Shown here: piece after piece, positions 37,336-46,097 of the stretch
Layout: each line of letters starts with the position of its first letter
How positions within the stretch are numbered: the first letter of the stretch is position 1
Assembly (NCBI GenBank): GCA_963699755.1
Contig: CAVOVB010000003.1
Span: 576,001-640,000 of the forward strand
Source: an uncultured delta proteobacterium
Lineage (GTDB): Bacteria > Myxococcota_A > Polyangia > Polyangiales > Houyiibacteriaceae
Direction: 5' to 3'
Length of the DNA stretch: 64,000 nucleotides
Translations under genes and position numbers: made by a program
The notes under the pieces: model-generated
Told to the model about the DNA's origin: nothing
Databases searched by the model: none
Seen by the model: the letters and a program-made list of their open reading frames with translations, nothing else

Positions 37336-37872
37336 ATGCGGGCTCTGAAAGTGGCGGTGTTGGTTGTGCTTGGTCTCGTCGTTCTGGTGCTGGGCATTGG
37401 CGCTCTTCTTCCAAAGGATTTCCGCGTGGAGCGATCGATCGAGATCGGTGCTCCCCCGGAGGTCGTTTTCGATCACGTGAGCTCCCTCCGAAAATGGGAG
37501 GCCTGGTCGCCCTGGATTGCGCGGGACCCTTCGATCAAGAACGAGTTCACGGGGCCCGAGGCCGGAGTGGGTTCCACGGTGACCTGGACGAGCGAGAAGT
37601 CGGGCGACGGCACGCAGACCATCACCCTGAGCGAGCGTCCGACGCGAATCGAAATGAAGCTCGACTTCGGCGAGATGGGACAGCCGACTGCGGATTGGAC
37701 GTTTGTGCCGAAGGGCGACGGGGTTCGTGTGACCTGGGGCCTGAGCGGAACGGCAGCCGGCCCGCTTGGCGGGTACTTCGCCAAGATGATGGATGGCTGG
37801 GTCGGGGCAGACTACGAGGACGGCCTTGCTCGCTTGAAGAAAGTCGCCGAGTCACTTCCAGTCGGCGAGTAG
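37336..37872 (+). CDS. SRPBCC / polyketide-cyclase family protein
   Basis: VERSIEIGAPPEVVF, WEAWSPW, VRVTW, YEDGLARLK. Confidence 0.88.
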   Translation: MRALKVAVLVVLGLVVLVLGIGALLPKDFRVERSIEIGAPPEVVFDHVSSLRKWEAWSPWIARDPSIKNEFTGPEAGVGSTVTWTSEKSGDGTQTITLSERPTRIEMKLDFGEMGQPTADWTFVPKGDGVRVTWGLSGTAAGPLGGYFAKMMDGWVGADYEDGLARLKKVAESLPVGE

Positions 37873-38141
37873 CCACGCACGATGCTTGTCTCGCATTCAT
37901 CGCAGCGGCGCTGCTCTTGCTTGCGGCTTGCCAGAGCATGCCGAACCCGAACGACCCGGAACGACAGAAGGGCATCGACGATTGCTGGAAGCAATGCGGG
38001 AGCGGAACCCCGAAACCCGACCTATCCGCCCGCGCCTAGCGAGCAGACCGACATTCGGACGCCGTGCGAGCGGAGGTGCCACGGGATCCCGTAGTAGCGC
38101 CAGTGTCAGCGCGAGTGCGAGTGCCAGTGACCGCGAACGGG

Positions 38142-38516
38142 CTAGACGTGTCGGAAAGGGAACGAGACGTTTTCATAGTACTCGATCCGTGCTTTCCCCT
38201 CGCTCGCGTCGAACACCACTGCTGCGGCGTCGATGCGAGCGTGGACGCGGCCTAGCGTTTGCTGGCGCAACCAGATTGCAGTCGCGCGCCTCACCCTGGC
38301 GAGCTTCTTTGCGCTGATCGTCTCCGCGGGAAACACCGGCCGTGCGCTCGAACGCGATCGCACCTCGCACACGACCAGGAGCGCGCCGCGCCTGGCGATG
38401 ACGTCCAGCTCCAATCGGCCGACGCGGACGTTGCGTCCGCAGATTTCGAAACCGCGTTCTTCGAGCAAGGACGCGATCAGCTCTTCGCCGTGGCGCGCCA
38501 GCTCCGGTCTACTAAC
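38142..38516 (-). CDS. yraN: YraN family (UPF0102) endonuclease-like protein
   Basis: GEELIASLLEERGFEICGRNVR..ELDVIA...VCEVRSR...RIDAAAV. Start codon unclear. Confidence 0.82.
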   Translation of the reverse strand, partial: VSRPELARHGEELIASLLEERGFEICGRNVRVGRLELDVIARRGALLVVCEVRSRSSARPVFPAETISAKKLARVRRATAIWLRQQTLGRVHARIDAAAVVFDASEGKARIEYYENVSFPFRHV

Positions 38517-38970
38517 CCTCGGTGAGCGGATCGCGGATGCAGTAGCTTCCGACGACGCCCGGGCCGCCCGTCTCGAGAACCTCTTCGCAGATGAAGCCAC
38601 CTGGGCATTCGCAAGTTGGCAACCCGCTTTGTGCGGGCGCGCCGCAGCGGCACGAGCAGTAGACCTGGCGCTCGACCTCACTTTCGCTGACGCAGGTCGT
38701 GGGTTCGCCTTCGACATCCCTTGGGCAGGGGGGGTCGTCTTCTTGGAGGTTGTTCGGGTCACCCATCAGTCCTCGGACGAGACAGACCCGCGTTGCGCAC
38801 TGCACTGAGCTCGTCTCGAGATAGGTCTCCGAGGCCAAGAATCCGCCAACGGGCACCTGCTCCGGCGAGCATGGCTCACCCACCGCGCTGTTCGAACAGC
38901 CGGTCCCAACCGCCATGAGCAGCGAGAACGCCACAAACCCCATCAATTCAAGCCATCTTCCACACATCAC
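38512..38970 (-). CDS. gltK: Cys-rich gliding lipoprotein GltK/CglC-like
   Basis: Lipobox GTGC, VGEPC, ETSSVQCATRVCLV, YCSCRC. Divergent from gltC. Confidence 0.7.
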   Translation of the reverse strand: MMCGRWLELMGFVAFSLLMAVGTGCSNSAVGEPCSPEQVPVGGFLASETYLETSSVQCATRVCLVRGLMGDPNNLQEDDPPCPRDVEGEPTTCVSESEVERQVYCSCRCGAPAQSGLPTCECPGGFICEEVLETGGPGVVGSYCIRDPLTEG

Positions 38971-39164
38971 GCCCCCCTAAGAAGCCCCCGGCCATCTACA
39001 GCATAACGGCAATAAGAGATCGTACCCAAACTTCCCCGGCCGTCCGGGGTCAAAAACTTGAGACGCAGCCAGGACCGACGCCTCTGCCTGAATTTGTCAG
39101 CTCCATGAGCAGGTTTCCACTATCAATTGCAGTCAGCCCACCAAAAGCCCAATGGCGCTATACC

Positions 39165-39194
39165 TTGACGACCCCTTCAGCTGGTTTCTATGAT
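39165..39194 (+). promoter_or_regulatory. Putative sigma70 promoter of the gltC-G operon
   Basis: TTGACG, 18 nt, TATGAT. Confidence 0.6.
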
Positions 39195-39289
39195 GGATCG
39201 GGAGCGTGCCGGAAGGGGTCGGTTTCGTTCGAATTTTGGGGGACAGGGGGAAACTTGGAAAACCAAGGTTCCGCACGAAGGAGCGCTTT

Positions 39290-40924
39290 ATGAAGGGGAT
39301 CCGCTTGTTGGCGGTGCCTGTGTTGATCTGCGGTCTTGGGTTGCCCAAGTCCGTGGGGGCCCAGGACATGAGCTTCGGGCTCGAAGAAACCGGGCAGAGC
39401 CGTGCGCCGGTCAAGCGAGGCAAGCCGTCCGAGCTGCTCGCCGAGGCGCAGAGCGCATTCGATGGCAGAAAGTACGAACCCGCTGCGATCGGTTTCGAGA
39501 AGGTAGCGGCCGGCAAGTCCAAGGACGACCGAGGCAACCGTCAGCACGCGCAGTTCCTCTTGGGTCAGTCGCTCTTCCAACTGGGCTTCTACCAGTCCTC
39601 GCTCACCGTGTTCGACGAGATCAGCGCCCAGGGGCCGGCCCACCTATACTTCGGCGAGACGCTCGAGTGGCTCGGCCTCTTGGCGTCGAAGCTTCCAGAG
39701 TCGTCGGGGATCATCGAGAAAGTCGGCCGCTACGGCATCGGCGCACTCGACCAGTTCAAAGAGACAGACCGCGCGCTCTACAACCAGCTTCTCTACTTGA
39801 TGGGCCGTCACCTGTACGAACAGGCTTCGTTCCGGCAGGCCATCGACGTCTTTCAAGAAGTCGACCCCAAGTCGGCGCAGTACAGCTACGCAAAGTTCTT
39901 CGAAGGCATTTCGTTCATCCGGATGCGCAAGTCGCGCCCCGCCATTGCGTCGTTCCGCGCGATTCTCGATGCGATCGATGCCGGCGATGTCAAGGGCGTC
40001 GACGAAGACCGGATGCGAAACCTCGCCTGGATTTCTCTGGCTCGTGTCTACTACACGGCTGCGAACCAGGGGAAGGGCGGCCAGATCGACGGCACCCTGC
40101 TCGGTCAGTCGGTCGAGTCCTGGACTAAGATCGACCAGTCGAGCGAGTACTGGCTCGATTCGCTCTTCGAGTCATCCTGGGCGTTTTTCTTGGCGGACGA
40201 GTACTCCCGCGCGCTCGGCAACGTGCACACCCTCTACTCGCCATACTTCGAAAATGCGTTCTACCCCGAGGCGCTCGTCTTGAAGGCGGTTACCTTCTTC
40301 GTGAACTGCCAGGTCGACAACGCCGAAGCCACGGTGGCGAAGTTCCATGACCAGTACGATCCGGTCAAGAAGGAGCTCGACTCGGTGCTTGCGAAGCACC
40401 AGGACAACGCCAGCTTCTTCGAGTTTCTGAAGAAGGTGCAGAACGGCGAAGCAGACCTTTCGCTTCGTGTCCGTCCGATCGTGTCGACGGCATTGAGCGA
40501 CCGCACCGTCCTTCAGCACCTCGAGTACGTGTCCTTGCTCGACAAGGAAGAAGCGCGGCTCGCCAAGTCGGATGAGAAGTTCGCAGGCTCGCCCGTCGGT
40601 GAAAAGATCCTCGAGGACGTTTCCCTGGCAAAGGCATTCGGGGTGGATCAAGCAGGTGACCTCGCGCGTGGCCGATACAAGCGGCTGATTCGCGAGCTTC
40701 AAGATCTCAGCAACCAGGTCGACACCGTGGAGCTCGAAATCGCGACCTTTCGTCGCGGTCAAATCGACCAGGAGCTCCAACAGCAAATGTCGCTCGCCAA
40801 GCAGTCGAGAGGTGGCGACGTAAACGTGGACGAAGAACATCAGCTCTGGCCGTTCAACGGCGAGTGGTGGCGGGATGAGCTCGGGTTCTATCGACAGCAG
40901 GTGACCAACCTATGTACACGCTAG
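39290..40924 (+). CDS. gltC: TPR gliding motility protein GltC-like
   Basis: Signal peptide, TPRs, WLDSLFESSWA...ALGNVHTL, C-terminal WPFNGEWWRDELGFY...C. SD AAGGAG. Confidence 0.8.
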   Translation: MKGIRLLAVPVLICGLGLPKSVGAQDMSFGLEETGQSRAPVKRGKPSELLAEAQSAFDGRKYEPAAIGFEKVAAGKSKDDRGNRQHAQFLLGQSLFQLGFYQSSLTVFDEISAQGPAHLYFGETLEWLGLLASKLPESSGIIEKVGRYGIGALDQFKETDRALYNQLLYLMGRHLYEQASFRQAIDVFQEVDPKSAQYSYAKFFEGISFIRMRKSRPAIASFRAILDAIDAGDVKGVDEDRMRNLAWISLARVYYTAANQGKGGQIDGTLLGQSVESWTKIDQSSEYWLDSLFESSWAFFLADEYSRALGNVHTLYSPYFENAFYPEALVLKAVTFFVNCQVDNAEATVAKFHDQYDPVKKELDSVLAKHQDNASFFEFLKKVQNGEADLSLRVRPIVSTALSDRTVLQHLEYVSLLDKEEARLAKSDEKFAGSPVGEKILEDVSLAKAFGVDQAGDLARGRYKRLIRELQDLSNQVDTVELEIATFRRGQIDQELQQQMSLAKQSRGGDVNVDEEHQLWPFNGEWWRDELGFYRQQVTNLCTR

Positions 40925-43900
40925 CGAAATCAAAGTACGCGACGAGCTTCCTTTGCGGGTTGCTCGCGATGGCCATTGGGGGCGAGGCAGCAGCGGAGCA
41001 AGCGCCGATGAGCACCGCCCCTATGTGCATTCCGGAAAGCACGGAGCGAGAGATCGCCGCCTGTCCCGATGGTGCGAAGAAGTCGGCTGCGAAGGAAGGC
41101 GGCAGGGCGCCCGTCTCGCGGATGAAGGCCACGGAGCCGAAGAAGCGAGCGCCACAAGGGGCGACTGGCCCGTCGCTTCAGATCGACATGAGCACTCGGC
41201 TGGGTCGAGAGCAGACGCGCGCTAGGGCAGAGAGCTTGCTGGAGAAAGAAATCGCGATCCTCCAGCGCCTCGTAAAGAACAGCGACGAGGACGACCCTCG
41301 ACGGCCCGAAGTTCTCTTGCGTCTCGCGGAGACGCAGTTCGAGATGCAAATCGCGAAGAATGCAAAGGTTCGATCCTTCGACGACCCGGTCTACGAGGCA
41401 TGCACGCGCGACGACGACAAGGCTCGCTGTAAGCAGGCGGTTGACGGGCAGAAGGCGGCTAAGGCCGAGCTCGACAAGATACGCGAGGACAGCATACGCA
41501 CCTACGCCACGCTCGTTCGCGACCATCCGAACTTCGAGCGGATGGACGAGGTCCTGTTTTCGTTGGCCTTTGCGCTCCAAGAGCTCGATCAGTTCGAGAA
41601 GGCGCGTTCGGTCTACCGACGCCTGATCAAGGATTTTCCGAAGAGCCGCTTCGTGCCAAACGCCTATCTCTCCTTCGCCGAGTACTACTTCAACGAGAGC
41701 GACATGGAGTCCGCGGTCAAGTTCTACCGCAAGGTGCTCGAGTTCCCGCCCAAGGAGAATGCGGTCTATGGCTACGCGCTCTACAAGGTCGCCTGGGTGG
41801 AATACAATCGGGAGCGCTACAGGCAATCCTTGCAGGGCTTCGTGGACATTCTCGAGTTTGCCCGCACCAGCAAGTACGCCAATGACGCCAAGAATCTGGC
41901 GAGGCAGGCCCGAAAAGACCTCGTACTTCCGTATTCCAGGTACGGCTCGCCAGGGAAGGCGCTCGACTTCTTCCGTCGATACGCGAAAGACGACGCCCAG
42001 GCCCACGAGATGCTAGAGCATCTGGCCAACCTTTATTTCGATACCGGCCAATGGCCCCAGGCGATTACCGTCTACCACAAGCTCATGGCCGATACGCCGC
42101 GCAGCAACTCGCTCTGCGACTGGCAAACCAAAGTCACCGGCGCGGTGATTTCGTCGAGGGGCAAGGACGAGCAAATCGTCGAGCTCAAGCGCCTCGTCGA
42201 CGTCTATCGAACGTTTACCAAGGGTGGTAAGCCGGCCGACAAGGTCGAGCAGTGCAAGGTCGAGACAGCCACCACCATGCTCTGGCTCGGAACTTCCTGG
42301 CACCGGGAGGCGATTGGTACCGACGCCGCCCCTGGCACCAAGGACAAAAAGACCATGTCGCAAGCTGCGGTGCTCTATCGGACACTGCTCAAAGAGTTCC
42401 CCGACATGGAAGAGATGGAGTTCGCGAACATCGACAAGCGCGACTGGCCGAGCAACTACAAGATTTCGTACTTCTACGCGGAGCTCCTTTGGAAGATGGA
42501 GGAGTGGGGGCAGTGTGGGCCCGCATTTGACCACGTCGTCGAGCTCAACCCGCAGGGCGAGTTCACGAGCGACGCCGCCTACGCCGCCGTGCTTTGCTAC
42601 AACAACCTCTACCAGCAGCAATACGTGCCGCGCGAGACGGAAACCCGATTCGTCAGCAAGAGCAATCAGAGGGCAATCAAGAACGCCAAGGCCCAGCCGG
42701 AGAACAAGTTCGGGAAGAAGAAGCTCACGCCTCTTCAAGAGGGCATGCTCGAGGCCTTCAATCGTTACGTTTGCTACGTCGACAAGGCCGAAGATCTATC
42801 GACCATCAAGTATCGTCGCGCCCGCATCTACTACGAGGCTAACCGCTTCGAAGAGGCTGCGGTGCTCTTCCGCGACATCGCGTTCAATCACAAGGACAGC
42901 GAGCTCGCGGAGTACGCTGCGAATCTGTATCTCGATTGCCTCAACGTCCTGGGGACTCAGATACCCGAGCCGCGAGTCGCCTGCGTGCAGGAGCTGAGCG
43001 CGTCGATTGACCCGATGTCGGCGTCGTACTGCGGAACCGAGCAGCTCAGCGAGCAGCACCCGGACTTGTGCGGGACGCTCGGCACTCTGCAGTGTCAGGT
43101 TCGCCGCAAGGAAGCGGAAACCTATCAGAAGACCCAGCAGTTCAAGAAAGCCGCCTCGACCTACGTTCGAATCTTCCGGCGCCACGAGGAGTGCGGCGAG
43201 ATGGACGAGATGCTCTACAACGCTGCGATCAACTTCGAGGCAGCGCACTTGCTCGGCCGCGCAATCCAGGTGCGAACCGTGCTGATCGAGCGCTACCCGG
43301 AGAGCCCGCTCTCGAAGAAGGCGGTGTACCTGATCGGCCAGAACTTCCAGGCGCTCGCGTACTATGAGCAGGCCGCGAAGTACTACGAGCAGTTCGCCAG
43401 GAAGTTCCCCGGCGAGGACGGTACGAAGTGCACTGCCGCAGAGAAGCAGGACCGCACCTGTCCGAACGCCATCGAAGGCTTGGAGCAGGCGACCTTCTTC
43501 CGCATCGGCCTCGGAGACGACAAGACGGCGATGGAGGACTCTGATCTATTCGCCCGCAATTACAAGCGGAAGCTGCCGCGTCAGACTTCGCAGGTCATGT
43601 TCTCGATCGGCTCGATCTACGAGCGCCAGAGCCGCTGGCCCCAGGTCATCTCGCACTATAAGGAGTATCTGGGCACATACGGCAAGGTCGGGATGCCCAA
43701 TCAGCTCATTCAGGCCAACACGGCCATAGGGCGGGCGTTTTGGGAGCTCAACAAAAAGGCCGAAGCACGGAAGTACTTCCAAGACGCGGTCAAGGGCTGG
43801 ACCTCGGGCGCCCCGAAACGAATCCGCGCGCTCAAGGACACCTCGAACGAGAACAAGATTCTCTATCTCCGTGAAGCGCTCGATAGCGCCGCGGAGTCTC

Positions 43901-44529
43901 AGTTCTACCTGTCGGAATTTGGATTCGCCGATTTCCAGAAGGTTGCGTTTCCGCAATATCGCGGAGGCAAGAGCCTGGCCAAAGTGAAGAAATGGTCCGA
44001 CACGGAGTTCAAGAAGTGGGTGACCCGCAAGCAGAGCGCGCTCCGAGCAGCCGAGGCGGATTACGCAAACGTCGCCAAGATGACCGCTAGCGTCGATGGT
44101 GTTGAGATGAAGTCGGCGCCCTGGCAGATCGCAGCCGCGTCGCGGACCGGCGAAATGTACCGGAGCTTCGTGGACGAGTTCCGCGACGCACCGATTCCAC
44201 GCGAAATCGAGAACGATCCAGGGCTGTTCGACATCTACGTAGGGGCCCTCGACGACGTCTCGGAGCCGCTTCAGCGCCAAGCGATAGACAAGTTCGAGTT
44301 CTGCTTGAAGACGGCAACGCAAGTCCGCTGGTTCAACAAGTGGTCGCGCAGCTGTGAGCAGGAGCTCAACGGGCTCAATCCATCGAAGTACCCGATTGCG
44401 GCCGAGCTTCGAGGCGAGCCCAACTACGTCAAAGCCACCGTCGGGGATCCGGGCGCCGTGGATCTCGGAGCGATCTATCAGCAACGGCTGGATGTGAAGG
44501 ATGCGGTCGCCAAGAGGGAGGAACCCTGA
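40912..44529 (+). CDS. gltD: Large periplasmic TPR gliding protein GltD (AgmU)-like
   Basis: 1205 aa TPR protein with signal peptide, located between gltC and gltE. Confidence 0.8.
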   Translation: MYTLAKSKYATSFLCGLLAMAIGGEAAAEQAPMSTAPMCIPESTEREIAACPDGAKKSAAKEGGRAPVSRMKATEPKKRAPQGATGPSLQIDMSTRLGREQTRARAESLLEKEIAILQRLVKNSDEDDPRRPEVLLRLAETQFEMQIAKNAKVRSFDDPVYEACTRDDDKARCKQAVDGQKAAKAELDKIREDSIRTYATLVRDHPNFERMDEVLFSLAFALQELDQFEKARSVYRRLIKDFPKSRFVPNAYLSFAEYYFNESDMESAVKFYRKVLEFPPKENAVYGYALYKVAWVEYNRERYRQSLQGFVDILEFARTSKYANDAKNLARQARKDLVLPYSRYGSPGKALDFFRRYAKDDAQAHEMLEHLANLYFDTGQWPQAITVYHKLMADTPRSNSLCDWQTKVTGAVISSRGKDEQIVELKRLVDVYRTFTKGGKPADKVEQCKVETATTMLWLGTSWHREAIGTDAAPGTKDKKTMSQAAVLYRTLLKEFPDMEEMEFANIDKRDWPSNYKISYFYAELLWKMEEWGQCGPAFDHVVELNPQGEFTSDAAYAAVLCYNNLYQQQYVPRETETRFVSKSNQRAIKNAKAQPENKFGKKKLTPLQEGMLEAFNRYVCYVDKAEDLSTIKYRRARIYYEANRFEEAAVLFRDIAFNHKDSELAEYAANLYLDCLNVLGTQIPEPRVACVQELSASIDPMSASYCGTEQLSEQHPDLCGTLGTLQCQVRRKEAETYQKTQQFKKAASTYVRIFRRHEECGEMDEMLYNAAINFEAAHLLGRAIQVRTVLIERYPESPLSKKAVYLIGQNFQALAYYEQAAKYYEQFARKFPGEDGTKCTAAEKQDRTCPNAIEGLEQATFFRIGLGDDKTAMEDSDLFARNYKRKLPRQTSQVMFSIGSIYERQSRWPQVISHYKEYLGTYGKVGMPNQLIQANTAIGRAFWELNKKAEARKYFQDAVKGWTSGAPKRIRALKDTSNENKILYLREALDSAAESQFYLSEFGFADFQKVAFPQYRGGKSLAKVKKWSDTEFKKWVTRKQSALRAAEADYANVAKMTASVDGVEMKSAPWQIAAASRTGEMYRSFVDEFRDAPIPREIENDPGLFDIYVGALDDVSEPLQRQAIDKFEFCLKTATQVRWFNKWSRSCEQELNGLNPSKYPIAAELRGEPNYVKATVGDPGAVDLGAIYQQRLDVKDAVAKREEP

Positions 44530-45806
44530 TGCGAAGTCAGAAGGTAACGTTCATGGCCATCGCGCTGATCGTGGGCTGCGGCGGCGAGAGCACGAGCTCG
44601 AAGAAGGTAAGCACACCGCCCGCAGACGTCGCGCGAACCGCAGGCGGCGAAGCGATCACGACCGCAGACGGAAATGCCGTGAGCAAGAAGGCGCACAGCA
44701 AGTGGGAGTCGGCCCTGGAGGAGTTCGATGCCAACGAGAAGAGCGGCTGGAATTCGGCCAAGTGCAGCTCATCGTCGAAGTCGTTCCAGAACGCCGCCGA
44801 TGCGCAGGGCGGGGGCTTTGCCGAGGCGGACTACATGGCTGGGCTCGCTCTGTCACGCTGCGGTGACTCCGATGCGTACAGTCACTATGAAGCGGCGCTC
44901 GAGGTCGATCCGAACTTCTGCAAGGCGAGAGTGGCTCTGGGCCTTCGAGACCTCGAAAGCGGCCGGACGTCGCAGGCGAAGTCTGCCTTCGAGCGATCGA
45001 TCAAAGACGATCCCCAGTGCACCTCCGGCTACACCAACCTCGCGATCGTGCAGCGTTCGGAAGGCGAGAGCGAAGAGGCGCTCAAGAACCTCCGGCGCGC
45101 CCTGGCGATTGAGTCCGACTATTTGTCCGCCTTCAATCAGATGGCGCTCCTGCACTACGACCGCGGCCGCAAGGGGAATGCGGCCGAGCTCGACCTCGCC
45201 GAGGTCGTCTGCCGTCAGGCGCAGATGCTCGATGCTGACTACGCGCCCATTTACAACACTTGGGGCCTGATCAAGGTGTACAAAGGCGATGTCATTTCTG
45301 CGCTTCGCTTCTTCCAGAAGGCCATCACGCTCGATCCCGACCTCTTCGAAGCGCAGATGAACTTCGGTGAGGTCACCATTTCCTTCCGCGGATACGAGGA
45401 CGGTCGCCAGGCGTTCGCCCGGGCGGTCGAGCTTGAGCCAAACAACTACGAAGCGGTCATCGGCTTGGGCACCGCCTTGCGCGGACTCGATCGGTTCGCC
45501 GAAGCCGAGGCGCAATACGAGCGCGCCAAGCAACTCGATGCCAATCGACCCGAAGCGTACTTCAACCTCGGCGTCCTCTATCAGGACTACATGTCGGGCT
45601 CTGTCGCTGATCTCAAGAAGGCGAAGGGTTACTTCGGCGAGTTCCTGAAGCGGGCAGGCAAGGAAGCAGAATTCCGTTCGAGCGTGCAGGACGTGAGCAA
45701 TCGCTGCGCGCCGAAGTCCGGCAAGAGCCGCGGCGCAACCAAGTGCAGGCCGGGGCGCATCCAGAACATCGACATCTCGGTGGAAGCCATGCAGATCGCG
45801 GGTTGA
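44529..45806 (+). CDS. gltE: TPR lipoprotein GltE (AglT)-like
   Basis: Lipobox IVGC, TPRs (YNTWGL, EAQMNFG, AYFNLGVLY). Confidence 0.78.
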   Translation: MRSQKVTFMAIALIVGCGGESTSSKKVSTPPADVARTAGGEAITTADGNAVSKKAHSKWESALEEFDANEKSGWNSAKCSSSSKSFQNAADAQGGGFAEADYMAGLALSRCGDSDAYSHYEAALEVDPNFCKARVALGLRDLESGRTSQAKSAFERSIKDDPQCTSGYTNLAIVQRSEGESEEALKNLRRALAIESDYLSAFNQMALLHYDRGRKGNAAELDLAEVVCRQAQMLDADYAPIYNTWGLIKVYKGDVISALRFFQKAITLDPDLFEAQMNFGEVTISFRGYEDGRQAFARAVELEPNNYEAVIGLGTALRGLDRFAEAEAQYERAKQLDANRPEAYFNLGVLYQDYMSGSVADLKKAKGYFGEFLKRAGKEAEFRSSVQDVSNRCAPKSGKSRGATKCRPGRIQNIDISVEAMQIAG

Positions 45807-45815
45807 GGACGAATC

Positions 45816-46085
45816 ATGAAACGAATCATTTCGAGTTTTATCTCACAAGTGCTTGTTTTCATTGCGCTAAATTCAGCGATGTTCCTACTCGCTGGGACGG
45901 TGCAGGCCCAGGACACACCGAGCCCGGAGACGACCTACGACTTCGATGACGACCTGGTGACCGGCGACCTGGTGCGACCTGACGGCGAGCAATTGATCGT
46001 GCGACGCCGCGGGCGTCGGGCGTCTCTAATTCAGATTCGAGAGCATTTTATTCCCGAGATGCTGAAATCTGTGGAAGATTTGTAA
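45816..46085 (+). CDS. gltF: Small gliding protein GltF (CglF)
   Basis: Signal peptide plus YDFDDDLVTGDLVRPDG...SLIQIREHFIPEMLKSVEDL. Confidence 0.88.
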   Translation: MKRIISSFISQVLVFIALNSAMFLLAGTVQAQDTPSPETTYDFDDDLVTGDLVRPDGEQLIVRRRGRRASLIQIREHFIPEMLKSVEDL

Positions 46086-46097
46086 TGGGGGATCCGG

